NCBI GenBank assembly: GCA_964016885.1
Contig: OZ024742.1
Coordinates: forward strand, 68,386,001 to 68,450,000
Direction: 5' to 3'
DNA length: 64,000 bases
Origin: Eledone cirrhosa
Lineage: Eukaryota
Shown: positions 27,423 through 40,299 of the stretch, in pieces
Layout of the letters: every line of letters begins with the position of its first letter
How positions within the stretch are numbered: position 1 is the stretch's first letter
Program-made: the position numbers and the translations under genes
The notes under the pieces: generated by a model
Database searches by the model: none
The model's input: only the letters and a program-made list of their open reading frames with translations
What the model was told of the DNA's origin: nothing

Positions 27423-29441
27423 GTGGGCGGCAAAGCCAAAGGAGAGTGTAGAGACCTACCTTTCTGCTTCCCAGGGTTCGGGTCGCACGACTTCCATGGG
27501 GTCGGGGGTGTTGGGTGAAGGGTGTCTTGTGGTGGTGTAGGGTCGTCAGTGTGTGGTGGGGTTGGGGTGTTTGGAGTTGTGTTGGGGAGGGGAAGGGGAG
27601 GGGGAAAGCTTTTTAGGAGGACGCGGTTTATGGGTTTGACAGAGGGTGGTCCTACGTCCTCCTTAAAATCCTTTTTTAGTTTTTGGTAGAGGTTCATTGG
27701 GATCTTTATTAATTTTAAATGTGGGTAGTTTTCTGAAGAAACAAAGTTTACCCCTTCGGTTTGTACCGAAGGGTTATTGTTTATGAGTTCATTTAATTTA
27801 TTATTGTTTCTGTTGTGTAAGTATAGTGTAATGTCTTTTTTTCGGATGGTGTGAGTGTTTCGAAGAGGGGAGGGGCAGGTTTGGTTTTGTTTGTTGCTGG
27901 AGGGGTGTTTTGTGTTTTGTTGGATTGTGTTGACATTTGGGTAGGGGTTGTTTGGCCTTGTGTGTTTTGCACATGTTTTCTTTTTTTCCTTTTAATCTGT
28001 CTGAAGGACTCCGTTTCTTCCTCCGAATTCGTTGGGTTATCTTCAGTGTTGGAGGGAAGAGGTATGTTTGCTGGTAATGTTTCCGTGTTGGTTTTCTTTG
28101 TGGGGGAGATGGATGTCACTATGTTAGACTGTGTTGTGTGTTGTGGCTGCGGTGGTTGTGTTGTTTTATTGAGTGAGGGGTTGGGTGGGACTGTGTTTTG
28201 TTTTTGGGTAATGTGTTGTGTCTGTTTGTGTTGTGGTGGTGGTGTAGTTTTACTGAGGGACAGGTTGGGTGGGACTGAGTTTTGTTTTTGGGTAATGTGT
28301 TGTGTCTGTTTGTGCTGTGGTGGTGGTGTAGTTTTACTGAGGGACGGGTTGGGTGGGACTGAGTTTTGTTGTTTGTTTATCTGTTGTGGTGGTGGTGAAG
28401 CTGGTGTTCGTAGCAGGGTTTTCTTCTTGTTGAGTTGGGGACAAGCCGCCTTCAGGTGCCCTCTGCCTACACAGATATCACAGGACGGCATTCTCCCCTC
28501 CACGCTAATGTTTATATACCCGTGGCCCTCTAATAGGATTCTGTCGGGTATTTGGGCAATGCGTTCAGGCTTCATTTGCACTACAAGTTCTATACCTGTT
28601 CCACTGAACGCATTGCCTGTGGTTTTCCCAATGGAAATCACGTTGTCATTCGCTGGATCGATGAAGCCAGCTATGAGCCAGCAGTAGTCCACATCTGGCA
28701 TCATCGCATCCAGCCATATGCGCTGAGTTCTTTTACCCATATAAGATGGATAAAAGGTAAAATTTGTCGAACGAATCGGCGACAAAGCATATTTTTTTGC
28801 CGCTGATTCGTTCTTCATAATAATCGCTAGGCTTCCATACAGTCTGTCTCTTCTTATGAAAGTGGTTTCATTAATTACTTCTGTAAGTACTGCTTTAATT
28901 TCTGCTTGTGTTGGTTGTTGAGGTTATTTTGAGATGTTGTTGATGGTACGGAAAACGACCGTCCGACTTTCAATATCTTTGGTGAGTTCTTGAGACATTT
29001 TTACCGATAAGGTTCCATTTTCCCCTTGAGTTATGTATTGTTTGGCGTTTTTTATTCTTTGTGCCACATCTGAAATATTTTCAGGTATATATGTTAAAGA
29101 TTTCTTTGTTGTTTGTGCAAATGAAATATTATTGGTGCTGACTTTGTCGTCTGCTTTGCTTTCTGTTATGATGTTGTTTTCAAATGTTATTTTTGTGTTT
29201 GTTGTGTCTTTGTTTGTGGTATTAATATTGTCATGCAATTCTTTCAAATTTTTTTTGTTGTTGGAATCAATCTCCAGATTTGTGTTTTCGTAATTTTTCT
29301 CCGCACATTCGTCTGTTTTTATTTTATTTTTCTTTCCTTCTCTATGACGTTAGTTGGGAAGGAAGCGGGGACTAAAGCGTGCGAGCTTACAACTCTTACC
29401 GCTGTCCTCCCACCACTATTTTCGTTAGCTTCGTTTAACAT
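27410..29441 (-). pseudogene. Tx1 copy B ORF1, frameshifted; contains an 84-bp tandem repeat (about 3 copies, 28130-28380)
   Basis: ATG at 29441 (MLNEANENSGGRTAVR); CDICVGRGHLKAACP knuckle; 28-aa repeat QKQNSVPPNxSLSKTTPPPQHKQTQHIT. Confidence 0.85.
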
Positions 29442-29677
29442 TTCTACCAGACGATTGAAATTTTATGCCACAAAATTTTTAAAAACAGGTTTTTCACCCC
29501 TGGGAGGGGCGAAGATGAGCTGACCCACCGCCTGACAGTTCAGACGGGGGGTCAAGCTACACAATAGTATCAAAATTAAAATTGAACTTACAAAATTTCC
29601 GCAATAAATTGGAACAAAACTTCTGCGCGAAGTGAATTACGTCTACGCTGTAGAACAGACGACAGCTAGATTTATAT

Positions 29678-29820
<143 letters not shown>

Positions 29821-29872
29821 TGGAATGAACATCAGTCGAATTCGACGACGATACGTTTTCCAATTGTTCAAT

Positions 29873-30012
29873 TAAAGGAGCAGCCTGCTCATGAAATTTT
29901 GGTGCAGGTGACTGGGCATTCCATTGACACGAATACCTTTAACGTAATTCTCAGGAAGATTCAGCATGATGAAGTAAGTGACGTGGTCGGCTCTTTAGAT
30001 TATAAATACAGT
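29873..30012 (+). mobile_element. Degenerate SINE-like interspersed repeat fragment
   Basis: GACACG..TACCTTTAACGTAATTCTCAGGAAGATTCAGC resembles a common cephalopod SINE body as I recall it; no second copy in the window. Confidence 0.35.
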
Positions 30013-31510
30013 CTATCCTACGATCTTTCAAACAATATCCTTCTACCCAAATTCATTATATAAAAGTAAGACATGAAAGCTAATTATGCTAGATGAATAT
30101 TAACAATATGAGTGAGAGAAAATACCTCACAGGAGCATTCCGCCTTCTAAATACATATACTTTAATATATGTAACTCTAAGCTATGTCATATAGTGAATT
30201 GAAAAACTTTGTTTAACAGAGGTTATCCATAAAATGAAATGACGAAAATTCCATCTATGTTTGTTTAGAACCTAAAAACAATAAGTAAACACTCCAATAA
30301 ATGCAATAGATTGTTTTTTTTTTAAACACAGCCAATGCAATATGGGATTGGTTCTAGTTTATAAGCCAACTGATTAAATCAACGGACATATCTCGGTGAT
30401 ATTAGATCTTCTAAGCGAAGCATGGTGATCACTACAGGGACAACACCGATTTTCAAGCAACGCTCGTTCCAGACCCTTGATAATTTATCCGTTTTGCCTG
30501 ACTAATAAAAGTCACGTTATAACATTTCAGAGTAAATTCTTTAGAGACTCCTGCTATAAAATATAGTTTTCGTTACCAAACCTTTCCAGCGTCGATATTT
30601 GTATTCCATAAAAATATATTATGAAGGCAGAAGAAATTCTACCTGCCCCTCAAAAATATTTATATAAAGGCGCAAATGTTTTCACACAGTGTTTGATAGC
30701 CATAACTAGGGATGTACGTAAATTAAAATAGTACACTTTGATCTTAGCCGAAAGTCTGAGAAGTGATATCTTTCTAAATTAAAATAGACTAAGTATTCAC
30801 GTAAGTTCTTGAGCATAAGTCCTTGAACAAGACATTTTGTTTCACGTTGCTCCTTCTGCCAGGAGTTGCGATCGGTAGATAGTATTGTTTCCTTGGTCTG
30901 ATTTGACGAGCTCCACGCCAATCCTGTGAGGCAAATGTGAGGTGAATGTGAGGCAAATGTGATCTGGGATCTTGTCGATCGATCCTAAAGTATTCACATA
31001 ATTCACTGGAGTAGCAGCAGCCGCTGCTGTCTAGATATTTAAATGATTCCATGTTACATACAACACTGCCTGTTCAATCCTGATAAATTGTTCTGGCAGT
31101 TGGCAAGAAATTCAGATATCTGTTGATAATTATGTCCAGATTAAAGTAGGTGTTGGATCATAATTTACTAGAAAATTGGTATTATACCTGTCTACATAGA
31201 AAATGTGGTCAATATATTGAAAAACATTTCACAAACTAAAATGAAAAGATGGAATATATGAATTTAAACGGATGAGAAAACAGTAGTTTTTTTTTATATT
31301 CCTCATATTTCATATCAGATGAAAGAATCTGGTGGCCAGTTAGTTGAATTATAGATTTATATTTGATGATAAATGTTCTCACTCTAGTTTTTGTTAACTT
31401 GTGATGGAACTATTTTCATATTTGTTTTATGCTATTATCACTATCAAAGAGGAAAATGCGCTGCCTAAAAGGTGAGAAGAAAGGATTAATAGCAGTAAAA
31501 CGAGCAAGGT

Positions 31511-31586
<76 letters not shown>

Positions 31587-31734
31587 AGAAGTGGTATTTA
31601 ATTTGTTGGAAGTCCAACAAATATAAATATAAATGTTTATAACTGATTTAGAGCACTCAACAAGTTACTGGAGTAAATATTCAATGATATTAAATAATGG
31701 AAACTATATTTATAAAACCATACTTATTTTATTA

Positions 31735-31775
<41 letters not shown>

Positions 31776-32194
31776 ATGGATATTTATTTATTTATTTATT
31801 TTTCAAATCTAATCTTCTATCTATTTATTTTTCTATCTACTTATAACAGTAAATATTATATTAGAAAAGAATGTTATCAACTAATTAATCGTAAATACAC
31901 GTACCATTGATTATATTCCCCAAAATTAACGTTATATGAGGTTTATTCATCCTCTTGTTAATTTCTTCTCTATGTCTCTCGTAATATTTTTTCTCTCTCT
32001 CTCTCTTTTCTCTCTCTCTTTCTCCAGTGTCATTTAAATAAACGGTTGTTTTTCAATTATTTACATATTCCTTTGCATATTCACACATAAGTTTGAATAA
32101 TCCCTAATATATTTCCACTATCCAGTGAATTTCCAACCGATAAGGTACGATTTTCATGGGTACGTCTCTATCTATATTAATAAAACAAACTTTG

Positions 32195-32259
32195 TATTTT
32201 ATCTGATGAAAGCGTACCAATGTTGTCTTGGTTGCCCTTGAAATATATATAATAAAATA
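32195..32259 (+). ncRNA. Minimal type I hammerhead ribozyme (Penelope/retrozyme type)
   Basis: Stem I TATTTTAT(32195-32202)/ATAAAATA(32252-32259); core CTGATGA (32203-32209); stem II AAG..ACCAA/TTGGT..CTT; GAAA (32240-32243); palindromic stem III TATATA; UA cleavage site at 32250-32251. Confidence 0.7.
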
Positions 32260-32301
32260 AATATGGTTTTTTAAATATAGTTTGCATTTATTTAATATCA
32301 T

Positions 32302-32396
<95 letters not shown>

Positions 32397-33594
32397 TTAT
32401 GTGTGTATATATATATATATATATACATATATATGTACACATACATATGTATATACATATATATGTATATATATATATAATTATCTAAGTATATATATAT
32501 GTGCGTAATGTGCGTAATATGCATATGTGTGTGGGGGGGGGGGGGTTTGTATTTATTCATTTATTTATTTTTATATGAATTTATATAAATATATATTTAT
32601 CTTAGTATGACTTTCGCTGTTTCTCATATCTATTTGCATGAAGTTTGGCAGGATATTGTGGAAAGAATTATTTTTATATATTATACAGAATTGCGGTACT
32701 ACTTTCCTTTCTTTTCATTCTATTCATTTCAATATTTTGCGTCACTCTAAAAAGTAAATAACGTGGTTACTGCTCAAGATAAAAGCAGAATTACTCTCCC
32801 TCTTCTGGTTAGCCATGATAATAGTAGTGGTGACGGCGTGGCTGCCATTATTGTTGCTATTATGGTATGTTCTTGATGTCATTGTTTTTGTTGTTTCTTT
32901 AAACTCAGATCAGCACTAACTGGGCAAACCAATGATCAAAGGCTATCCAACCATGACCATCATCTATTTCTATAGATCAAGAAATGCATTGTTCAATGTG
33001 CCGTTCCTTTTTCTAAAGCGATATTGTACGATTTAATGGAGTTCTGGTTGCTCTTTCAAGCAGCTCGAGCGATCATACAGAGGTCCCCTCATTGGTCAAA
33101 TGTTCCTACCGTTGCTGTTATTTCTGCTCACAATGTTACTCTTATGTTGTTGTTTTGACTCGCGCTACATTTATCTGATCTTTCCTTTTATCATGGTATG
33201 ATATGGTCAGCTATTTTAACAGGTCGAGCAACCACGATACGTACATTAGCTAGTCTACTATTACTGTTATGTTTCTCATAATTCTAAACAGTAGGATACG
33301 GTTTCAGGGAGATATAGATGCTGGTACTATCGAACATCTTTTAGGCCCACTTGGTCGTTCTGTTGCCATATGTTAGCTAGTGTTTTTGCCCCAAGCGAGC
33401 CCCGCTAAAGCTGGTCCGTGATCAAAGGTGTACCAGCTTTGACCATCATATGTTTGTGTACACCCACACTCATTTACACACTGGCAGACATACATATGCG
33501 TTGTTGTTACAATTGTTATTATTCTTGTTTTTACACTTGTTATTACTATTGTTCTTATTATAGTTCTTATTTTTGTTATTATTACTACTGTTGT

Positions 33595-33860
33595 GAAGGC
33601 GCATAACTTAGTGGTTAGAGCGTTGGGCTTGCAATCGAGGGGAGTTCGATTCTCGAACCAGATGATGCGGCATGTCCTTGAACAAGACACTTTATTTCAC
33701 GTTGCCCCAATTTACTGGTGCCAGGTTGCGTCAGCCATTGCCTTTGTAGAACATCGGTTATGTGATGAGGGGAGACTGGTATGTATGGTCAACTGCTGGT
33801 TTTCCACAGGCAACCTTACCTTTTCTACAGACTTGTGCCTCATGGTCATTCGTTACCGAA
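33595..33860 (+). mobile_element. tRNA/CORE-type SINE
   Basis: GGCGCATAACTTAGTGGTTAGAGCG A-box, GAGTTCGATTC B-box, GTCCTTGAACAAGACACTTTATTTCAC core-like block. Confidence 0.75.
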
Positions 33861-33959
33861 GGGGATCTTTACACTTTTTACTACTGTTTTTATTGTTGTG
33901 ATCATTATTTATATTGTTCTAACTCTTGTTGTTACTATTGTTACCATTGTTGTTGTTAA

Positions 33960-34225
33960 TATTATTATTTCTCTTGTTGATATTGTTATGTCTGTTGTTG
34001 ATATTATTGTTAGTGTGCTTGTTATACTATTGATATTGTTATTTCTGTTGTTGATATTATTGTTATTGTACTTGTTATACTATTGTTATTTCTGTTGTTG
34101 ATACTATTGTTAGTGTGCTTGTTATACTATTGTTATTGTTATTTCTGTTGTTGATACTATTGTTAGTGTGCTTGTTATACTATTGATATTGTTATTTCTG
34201 TTGTTGATACTATTGTTATTGTGTT
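33960..34225. repeat. Degenerate 50-60-bp tandem repeat in a (TTG/TTA)-rich tract
   Basis: TTTCTGTTGTTGATA(C/T)TATTGTTAGTGTGCTTGTTATACTATTG recurs several times. Confidence 0.8.
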
Positions 34226-34269
34226 TGTTGACTTTGTAATTTGTTCTTAAAATTGTTATAATTCTGGAT

Positions 34270-34450
34270 AAACAGAGTCGTTGGTGGCATTTGAACGTTC
34301 TGAGTTTAAATCCAAACGGGGTCAACTTTACCTTTCATTCTTTTGTGGTCAATAAAATAAAGTACCAGACAAGAAGTGGAGTTGATATAATGGATTTTCC
34401 TTCACCCACAAAAAAATGCTCATCTTGTGCCTAAACTAAAAGCTATTATT
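34270..34450 (+). mobile_element. Degenerate tRNA-derived SINE
   Basis: GAGTTTAAATCC...GTCAACTTTACCTTTCATTC...AATAAAATAAAGTACCAG...TTGTGCCTAAACTA. Confidence 0.7.
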
Positions 34451-35097
34451 GTAACTAATATTTTTTTGTTATTAGAATTGCCATTTCTACTCTTATTGTT
34501 ATGGTTGATACCACTTATGTTATTGTTATTATTGTTATTGCCATTACTGTTGCTGTAGCTGATATTGTAGCTGTTGGTCTTGTGGTTATTATTATTATTG
34601 CAGTTGTTAATGTTCTTGTTATTTCAGTACTGAATTTATTTCTGTAGCTATGTTACTCCTGTTGTTATTGACACTAATGTTGTTGTTACTAATGTTATTG
34701 TTGATATTGTTGTTGTAATTGCTAAAGTGTTTGTGTTACTGTTGCTATTATTACTAGTTTTTGTTGTTGATGTTACTGATATAATTGATATTATATTTTC
34801 CGTTGTTGATATTACTACGTCTCTTGTTATTACTGTTTTTGTTGCAGTTATTTTTCTTCTTACTGCTCTTGTTGTTGTTATTGTTGCAGCTACTGTAGCA
34901 ATTTATACGACCCAATAGATTCCGTGTGAAAATAGTGAGCTATTCACAGACATCAATGGCACCATTTATGGAGACTTTACAAATAAATGTTCCGATTTAA
35001 TCAGGAGGCGATCGAGCGGTTGTGTAATATAACCAGGTAAATTTGAGTTAATGATCGAGAATAATTTTACTTCCTCTCTCCCTCTCTCTCTCTCTCT

Positions 35098-35176
<79 letters not shown>

Positions 35177-35205
35177 GTGTGTGTGTGTGTAAATACATAC
35201 AGACA

Positions 35206-35274
<69 letters not shown>

Positions 35275-35309
35275 AGAGAGAGAGAGATATGCATATATGT
35301 ATATACGCA

Positions 35310-35372
<63 letters not shown>

Positions 35373-35438
35373 AGACAGAGAGAGAGAGAGATGCATATAT
35401 GTTTATACGCACGCATATATATGTATATACATATATGC

Positions 35439-35494
<56 letters not shown>

Positions 35495-35503
35495 AAAGAC
35501 GGA

Positions 35504-35557
<54 letters not shown>

Positions 35558-36020
35558 TATGGGGAGAGACCGTCAAATAATTCTTATGAATTTTTTTCAT
35601 TTCTGTTCTTGTGTTGTCTTCTATTGTGTCAGAAAACCGTTTCTAGTTTTACTATTAAAAGCCACATTATCATTCCACTTTCCCCATCCCACGCCCCTCT
35701 CTCTATCTCTCCATTTCTCTCTATTCCTTTCATTTTACTATGTTATCAATTCCATCTCACTTTCCTTACCTCCCCTCTCTCTCTCTCTCTCTCTCCCTTT
35801 CTCTTTCGTTACCTATCTGTTTTTCAATTTCATTCTATCACACACACACACACATACACACACACTAGTTTTCTTTCTACGTATCTTAACGTCTCTTTGC
35901 GTTGTGAACACTCCTCAATCCCGTCTCTATAACACCTCTTTCCTCTCCTCATTTGATTTATCACTAACTCAGCTGCTTCTTCTTTTTCTTCTTCTTCTTC
36001 TTCTTTACTCACATTCCTAG

Positions 36021-36227
36021 GAGAGTTGTGGCAGAGTCCTCAGATATGCCTTCCAAAAGGTCCGATCAGAAATAACCGACTCCAATCGCTCCGGCTTGAT
36101 CCCCATTCAAGACCAACCGAGCTCGATGGAATTAACAGTGTTGCATCAGCTATTTCATCACCTTCCTCCTCAAGTCAAACTTGAAGTTGATAAGGCCTTG
36201 GCCGGAGAGGAGGATTCCTGTCCTTAA
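36021..36227 (+). CDS. Candidate terminal coding exon of a host gene (ESCGRVLRYAFQKVRSEIT...EVDKALAGEEDSCP*)
   Basis: Strong pyrimidine tract plus CCTAG|G acceptor; non-repetitive GC-richer island; 68 open codons to TAA. A second frame is also open for about 55 codons. Product not recognised. Confidence 0.45.
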   Translation, partial: ESCGRVLRYAFQKVRSEITDSNRSGLIPIQDQPSSMELTVLHQLFHHLPPQVKLEVDKALAGEEDSCP

Positions 36228-36519
36228 TCTTTTTTAGGCGAGTCCACCATACAGTTTCCTTCGTCATAACTAGCAGACAAAGGAAGACTTGCTGTCTCTC
36301 CTAAAAGAATAACTTACCAAATTACGAGGGTATGCTTGTTTTAGATAAATATAAGCATTTTAAAATAAACAGCTTTGTATGGTAGTACCGAGGGCGGATT
36401 TGTGTCAAAAAAGTTAAATAAATTACTATATACAGTAACCACAGTAATTACTATGAAAAGCCAAACAAAAATAATCACAAAGAAAACTTTAACAAAAAAA
36501 AACATTATTAGTACTATTA

Positions 36520-36720
36520 CGGTTGACAGAATCGTCGCATGAAATATTTCGTGGTATATGCTCTTTATATCATGAGTTCAAATCCTGTTGAGGTTAACTT
36601 TATCTTTCATCTTTCCGAAGTCGATCAAATAAGATACCACTCAAGTACTTGGGTCCGTGTCTTCGACTTACTCCCCCTCTAAATTACTGCCCTTGTGCCT
36701 AAATTAGAAATTATTATTAG
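36520..36720 (+). mobile_element. tRNA-derived SINE (older), tandem with the next copy
   Basis: GAGTTCAAATCC B-box, central domain, TTGTGCCTAAATTAGAAATTATTATTA tail. Confidence 0.8.
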
Positions 36721-36942
36721 GGTGGTAGATTGGTAGTATCGGTAGTGCGTCGGACGCCATGCTTCGCAGCATAGAGTTACGTCCCTTTACTTCTGAGTTC
36801 TCATCCCGCTGAGGTTAGCCTTGGCTTTCATTCTTACAGGGGTCGATAAAATAAAGTACCAGTAATACACTAGGGTTGATTTAATCGACTTTCCTCTCCC
36901 CTCTAATTGTTGGACTTGTCCCTAAATCAGAAATTATTATTA
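36721..36942 (+). mobile_element. tRNA-derived SINE, full length
   Basis: GGTGGTAGATTGGTAGTATCGG start; same family as 371 and 18424; sits at the tail of the preceding SINE. Confidence 0.88.
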
Positions 36943-37320
36943 GCCACTATTAACCACTATCAATCAATGAGGGAGACCCTAAACGATTGCTTCATCTGCT
37001 AGAGTCAATAGCTCAATTTCATACATATCACACGTATCGTCACAAAAGGGAAAAAAAACAGATTACATGATGTAATAAAGTCATAAGTATGAAGTCATAA
37101 TGAGGAGTGTGGTAAAACATAAGAAGCGTTCAATAGCGTTATCTTCTGGTATCATCACCAGCAACACTAGCAACAGCACTATTAAACACCATCCACATTT
37201 AAACACCACTATTTAAGCAGCACTATTAAACACCATCCACATACGAAAGAAACGGTAAAAATATAAAAAGCACAGCTAATAGCAACAGTAAAATAAAAAG
37301 AGTTAAAGCTGCCGAAATCT

Positions 37321-37422
37321 GATAAACCTCATGAACTGATTATTAGGAACAATTTAAAGAATTCTCCCCTACCCTCGCACACTCTTTAAATTGTTCCTAA
37401 TAAGCAGTTCATGAGATTTATC
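37321..37422. repeat. Long hairpin: 40-bp arms (2 mismatches), 22-nt loop
   Basis: GATAAACCTCATGAACTGATTATTAGGAACAATTTAAAGA versus TCTTTAAATTGTTCCTAATAAGCAGTTCATGAGATTTATC. Confidence 0.92.
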
Positions 37423-37543
37423 TCAACAATATGTTCAATATACACACGCATACACAAACACATACACATGTATTTATGTACATATATACATGCATGTGTG
37501 TGTATAACATATTTATAGAGGTATATATAAATATATATAAGTA

Positions 37544-38290
<747 letters not shown>

Positions 38291-39364
38291 TATGTGTATG
38301 TATGTACCGTTTTAAAGCTACTTATTTTAATTCAACTAATCTGCTTATTGAAATACATTAATATATATGTGGGTATATGTTTGTGTGTGTGTGTGTGTAT
38401 GTGTGTACGCGTATATGCATAGTGTGAGTGGAGGTGGAAGAAGGGTTTTGATTGACTAGCAAAGATAATTTTAATCCTTTGCCAATATTGCAACCCTTGA
38501 TTAAAATATCTAAAAATCCATCAAATTGTTAAAATATTGATTTTTATCATAGGCTCAAGGAGGCACACTTCGGAAATGTCAATAAATTGTTTCGATATTT
38601 CCAAGGAATTTTATATTGAAAATGGAAAAATTAAACTATGAACATGAAATTAGTTTTTTGAATTGTTTAGAGGAGAATGTTTTTATTGTATCTTTGTTTA
38701 TTATTGTTTTATCTTTTTTATTGTTGACTAATCCCATTTTAGCCTTGATCGAACTCACCTATACTCAGATTCCTTACAATTGTGACCATAGTAGATCTAG
38801 GACTACATTGTTCTGTAGATATTTTCTTTATTTTAAGACTGCATAGAGTGTGATGATATTTCTAACATGTCATATGGCTATGCAGAAGCTGATTTGTAAT
38901 GGTTGTATTGCGTTCTAATGCTAATATTCTTTGATAGCACTGATGTTGCTGTCGCTTAATCCCAAGTCGGTCCATATTGAGCGGATGTATGGTTATGGCG
39001 TCGCAGCCATAACCATACATCGTTTTTCCACTCACTGTATATCCAATATCTTTTTCCGTATAGTCTTCCTTGCTGGCGTAGTTAGAACCATCTGATTAAG
39101 ATTCGTTTAATTATCACGTAACAGTGTGTTCGATCCTTCTGCGTAAAAGCCTGAGCTGGCCGAATATTTGATAGTACGTAGCACTGCGCAGTTAAGAAAT
39201 TCGCTGTGTAACCATACTATGTAACCATACATGCTTTTTGAGAGCAGGTTTAATCTATCACCCATTCAGCATTGTTTAACCCAAGATCAGCACCGATCAT
39301 TCAGATCCATGACCAAAGTTGCACACAATCTATTAGTATATCAAGAAATGATTATATTCCAGCT

Positions 39365-39562
39365 ACGCCGATTCCGTCTTCTATTATTTCTCTTCGCGTT
39401 ATTTAGTTCCGTGTCTTTACGTTCAAATCCCACCGAAGTCAACTTTGCCTTTCATTTTTCTGAGTCGATAAAATAAAGTACGAATCAAGTACTCAGGCTG
39501 ATTTAATCGACTTTGCCAGCCAAAAGCATTTCTGGCCTTGTACCAAAATTAGAAACCCTTAT
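39365..39562 (+). mobile_element. Degenerate tRNA-derived SINE
   Basis: GTTCAAATCCC...GTCAACTTTGCCTTTCAT...GTCGATAAAATAAAGTAC...GGCCTTGTACCAAAATTAGAAA. Confidence 0.75.
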
Positions 39563-40041
39563 ATTGCCTCGATAAATATATATGTATCTACATATATGTA
39601 TGTGTATGTGTAGATATATTAATCTCAAACATGCATTTATGTATATATATATATATATATATATTCCTCAAATACCGTGCCTATATGAACAGAAATATTG
39701 TGAACATGATTGATTTTAATTGATTATTGGTAATAATATAAATAGTTGATAATCGATAATAAAATTAAAGGTTTTATATCACTTTTTATAAAGGCATTAT
39801 CTCACTTTTTCTTGTGTGTGTGCGTGTATGTGCGTGTATGTTCATGTGCATTTGTCTGTGCGCATGTGTGAGGAAAACATGAGGGCGAAAGTGAGAATAC
39901 ACACATACGTTCATAAGTAACCGTATTTGTGTCTGTTCAATAAGAAATATATCGACATATTTCTCTGTTTCTTTGTCTCACACTCTCTCACTTTCTCCCA
40001 TCCTCTCTCTCTCTCTTCCTTTTCTTTCCCTCTCTCTCTCC

Positions 40042-40165
<124 letters not shown>

Positions 40166-40299
40166 GTGTGTGTGTATAGGTTTGAAAGAGATTAAAATAT
40201 AAAGCACTTTAATTCCATTGAAATAATCAACATCCTTAGGTTGCATAAAATAACCATTTCATTTATTTATTGTTTTATTGGTTATTGGGTGAAGAACAG

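Larger units (their letters stand above)
23772..29667 (-). mobile_element. Tx1-clade LINE copy B, full length
   Basis: 5' UTR, ORF1, ORF2 and 3' UTR ending AATAAAGAAA(TCTA)n; (TATC)n on both sides in element sense. Confidence 0.95.

Noticed and set aside
29821-29870. Continuation of copy A beyond copy B (nested insertion)
   Set aside because: The sequence after the (GATA)n tract does not match the expected GGTTTGCAACTCGG continuation.
31740-31800. (TAAA)n facing (TTTA)n, forming an inverted repeat
   Set aside because: Simple-repeat juxtaposition with no other evidence of function.
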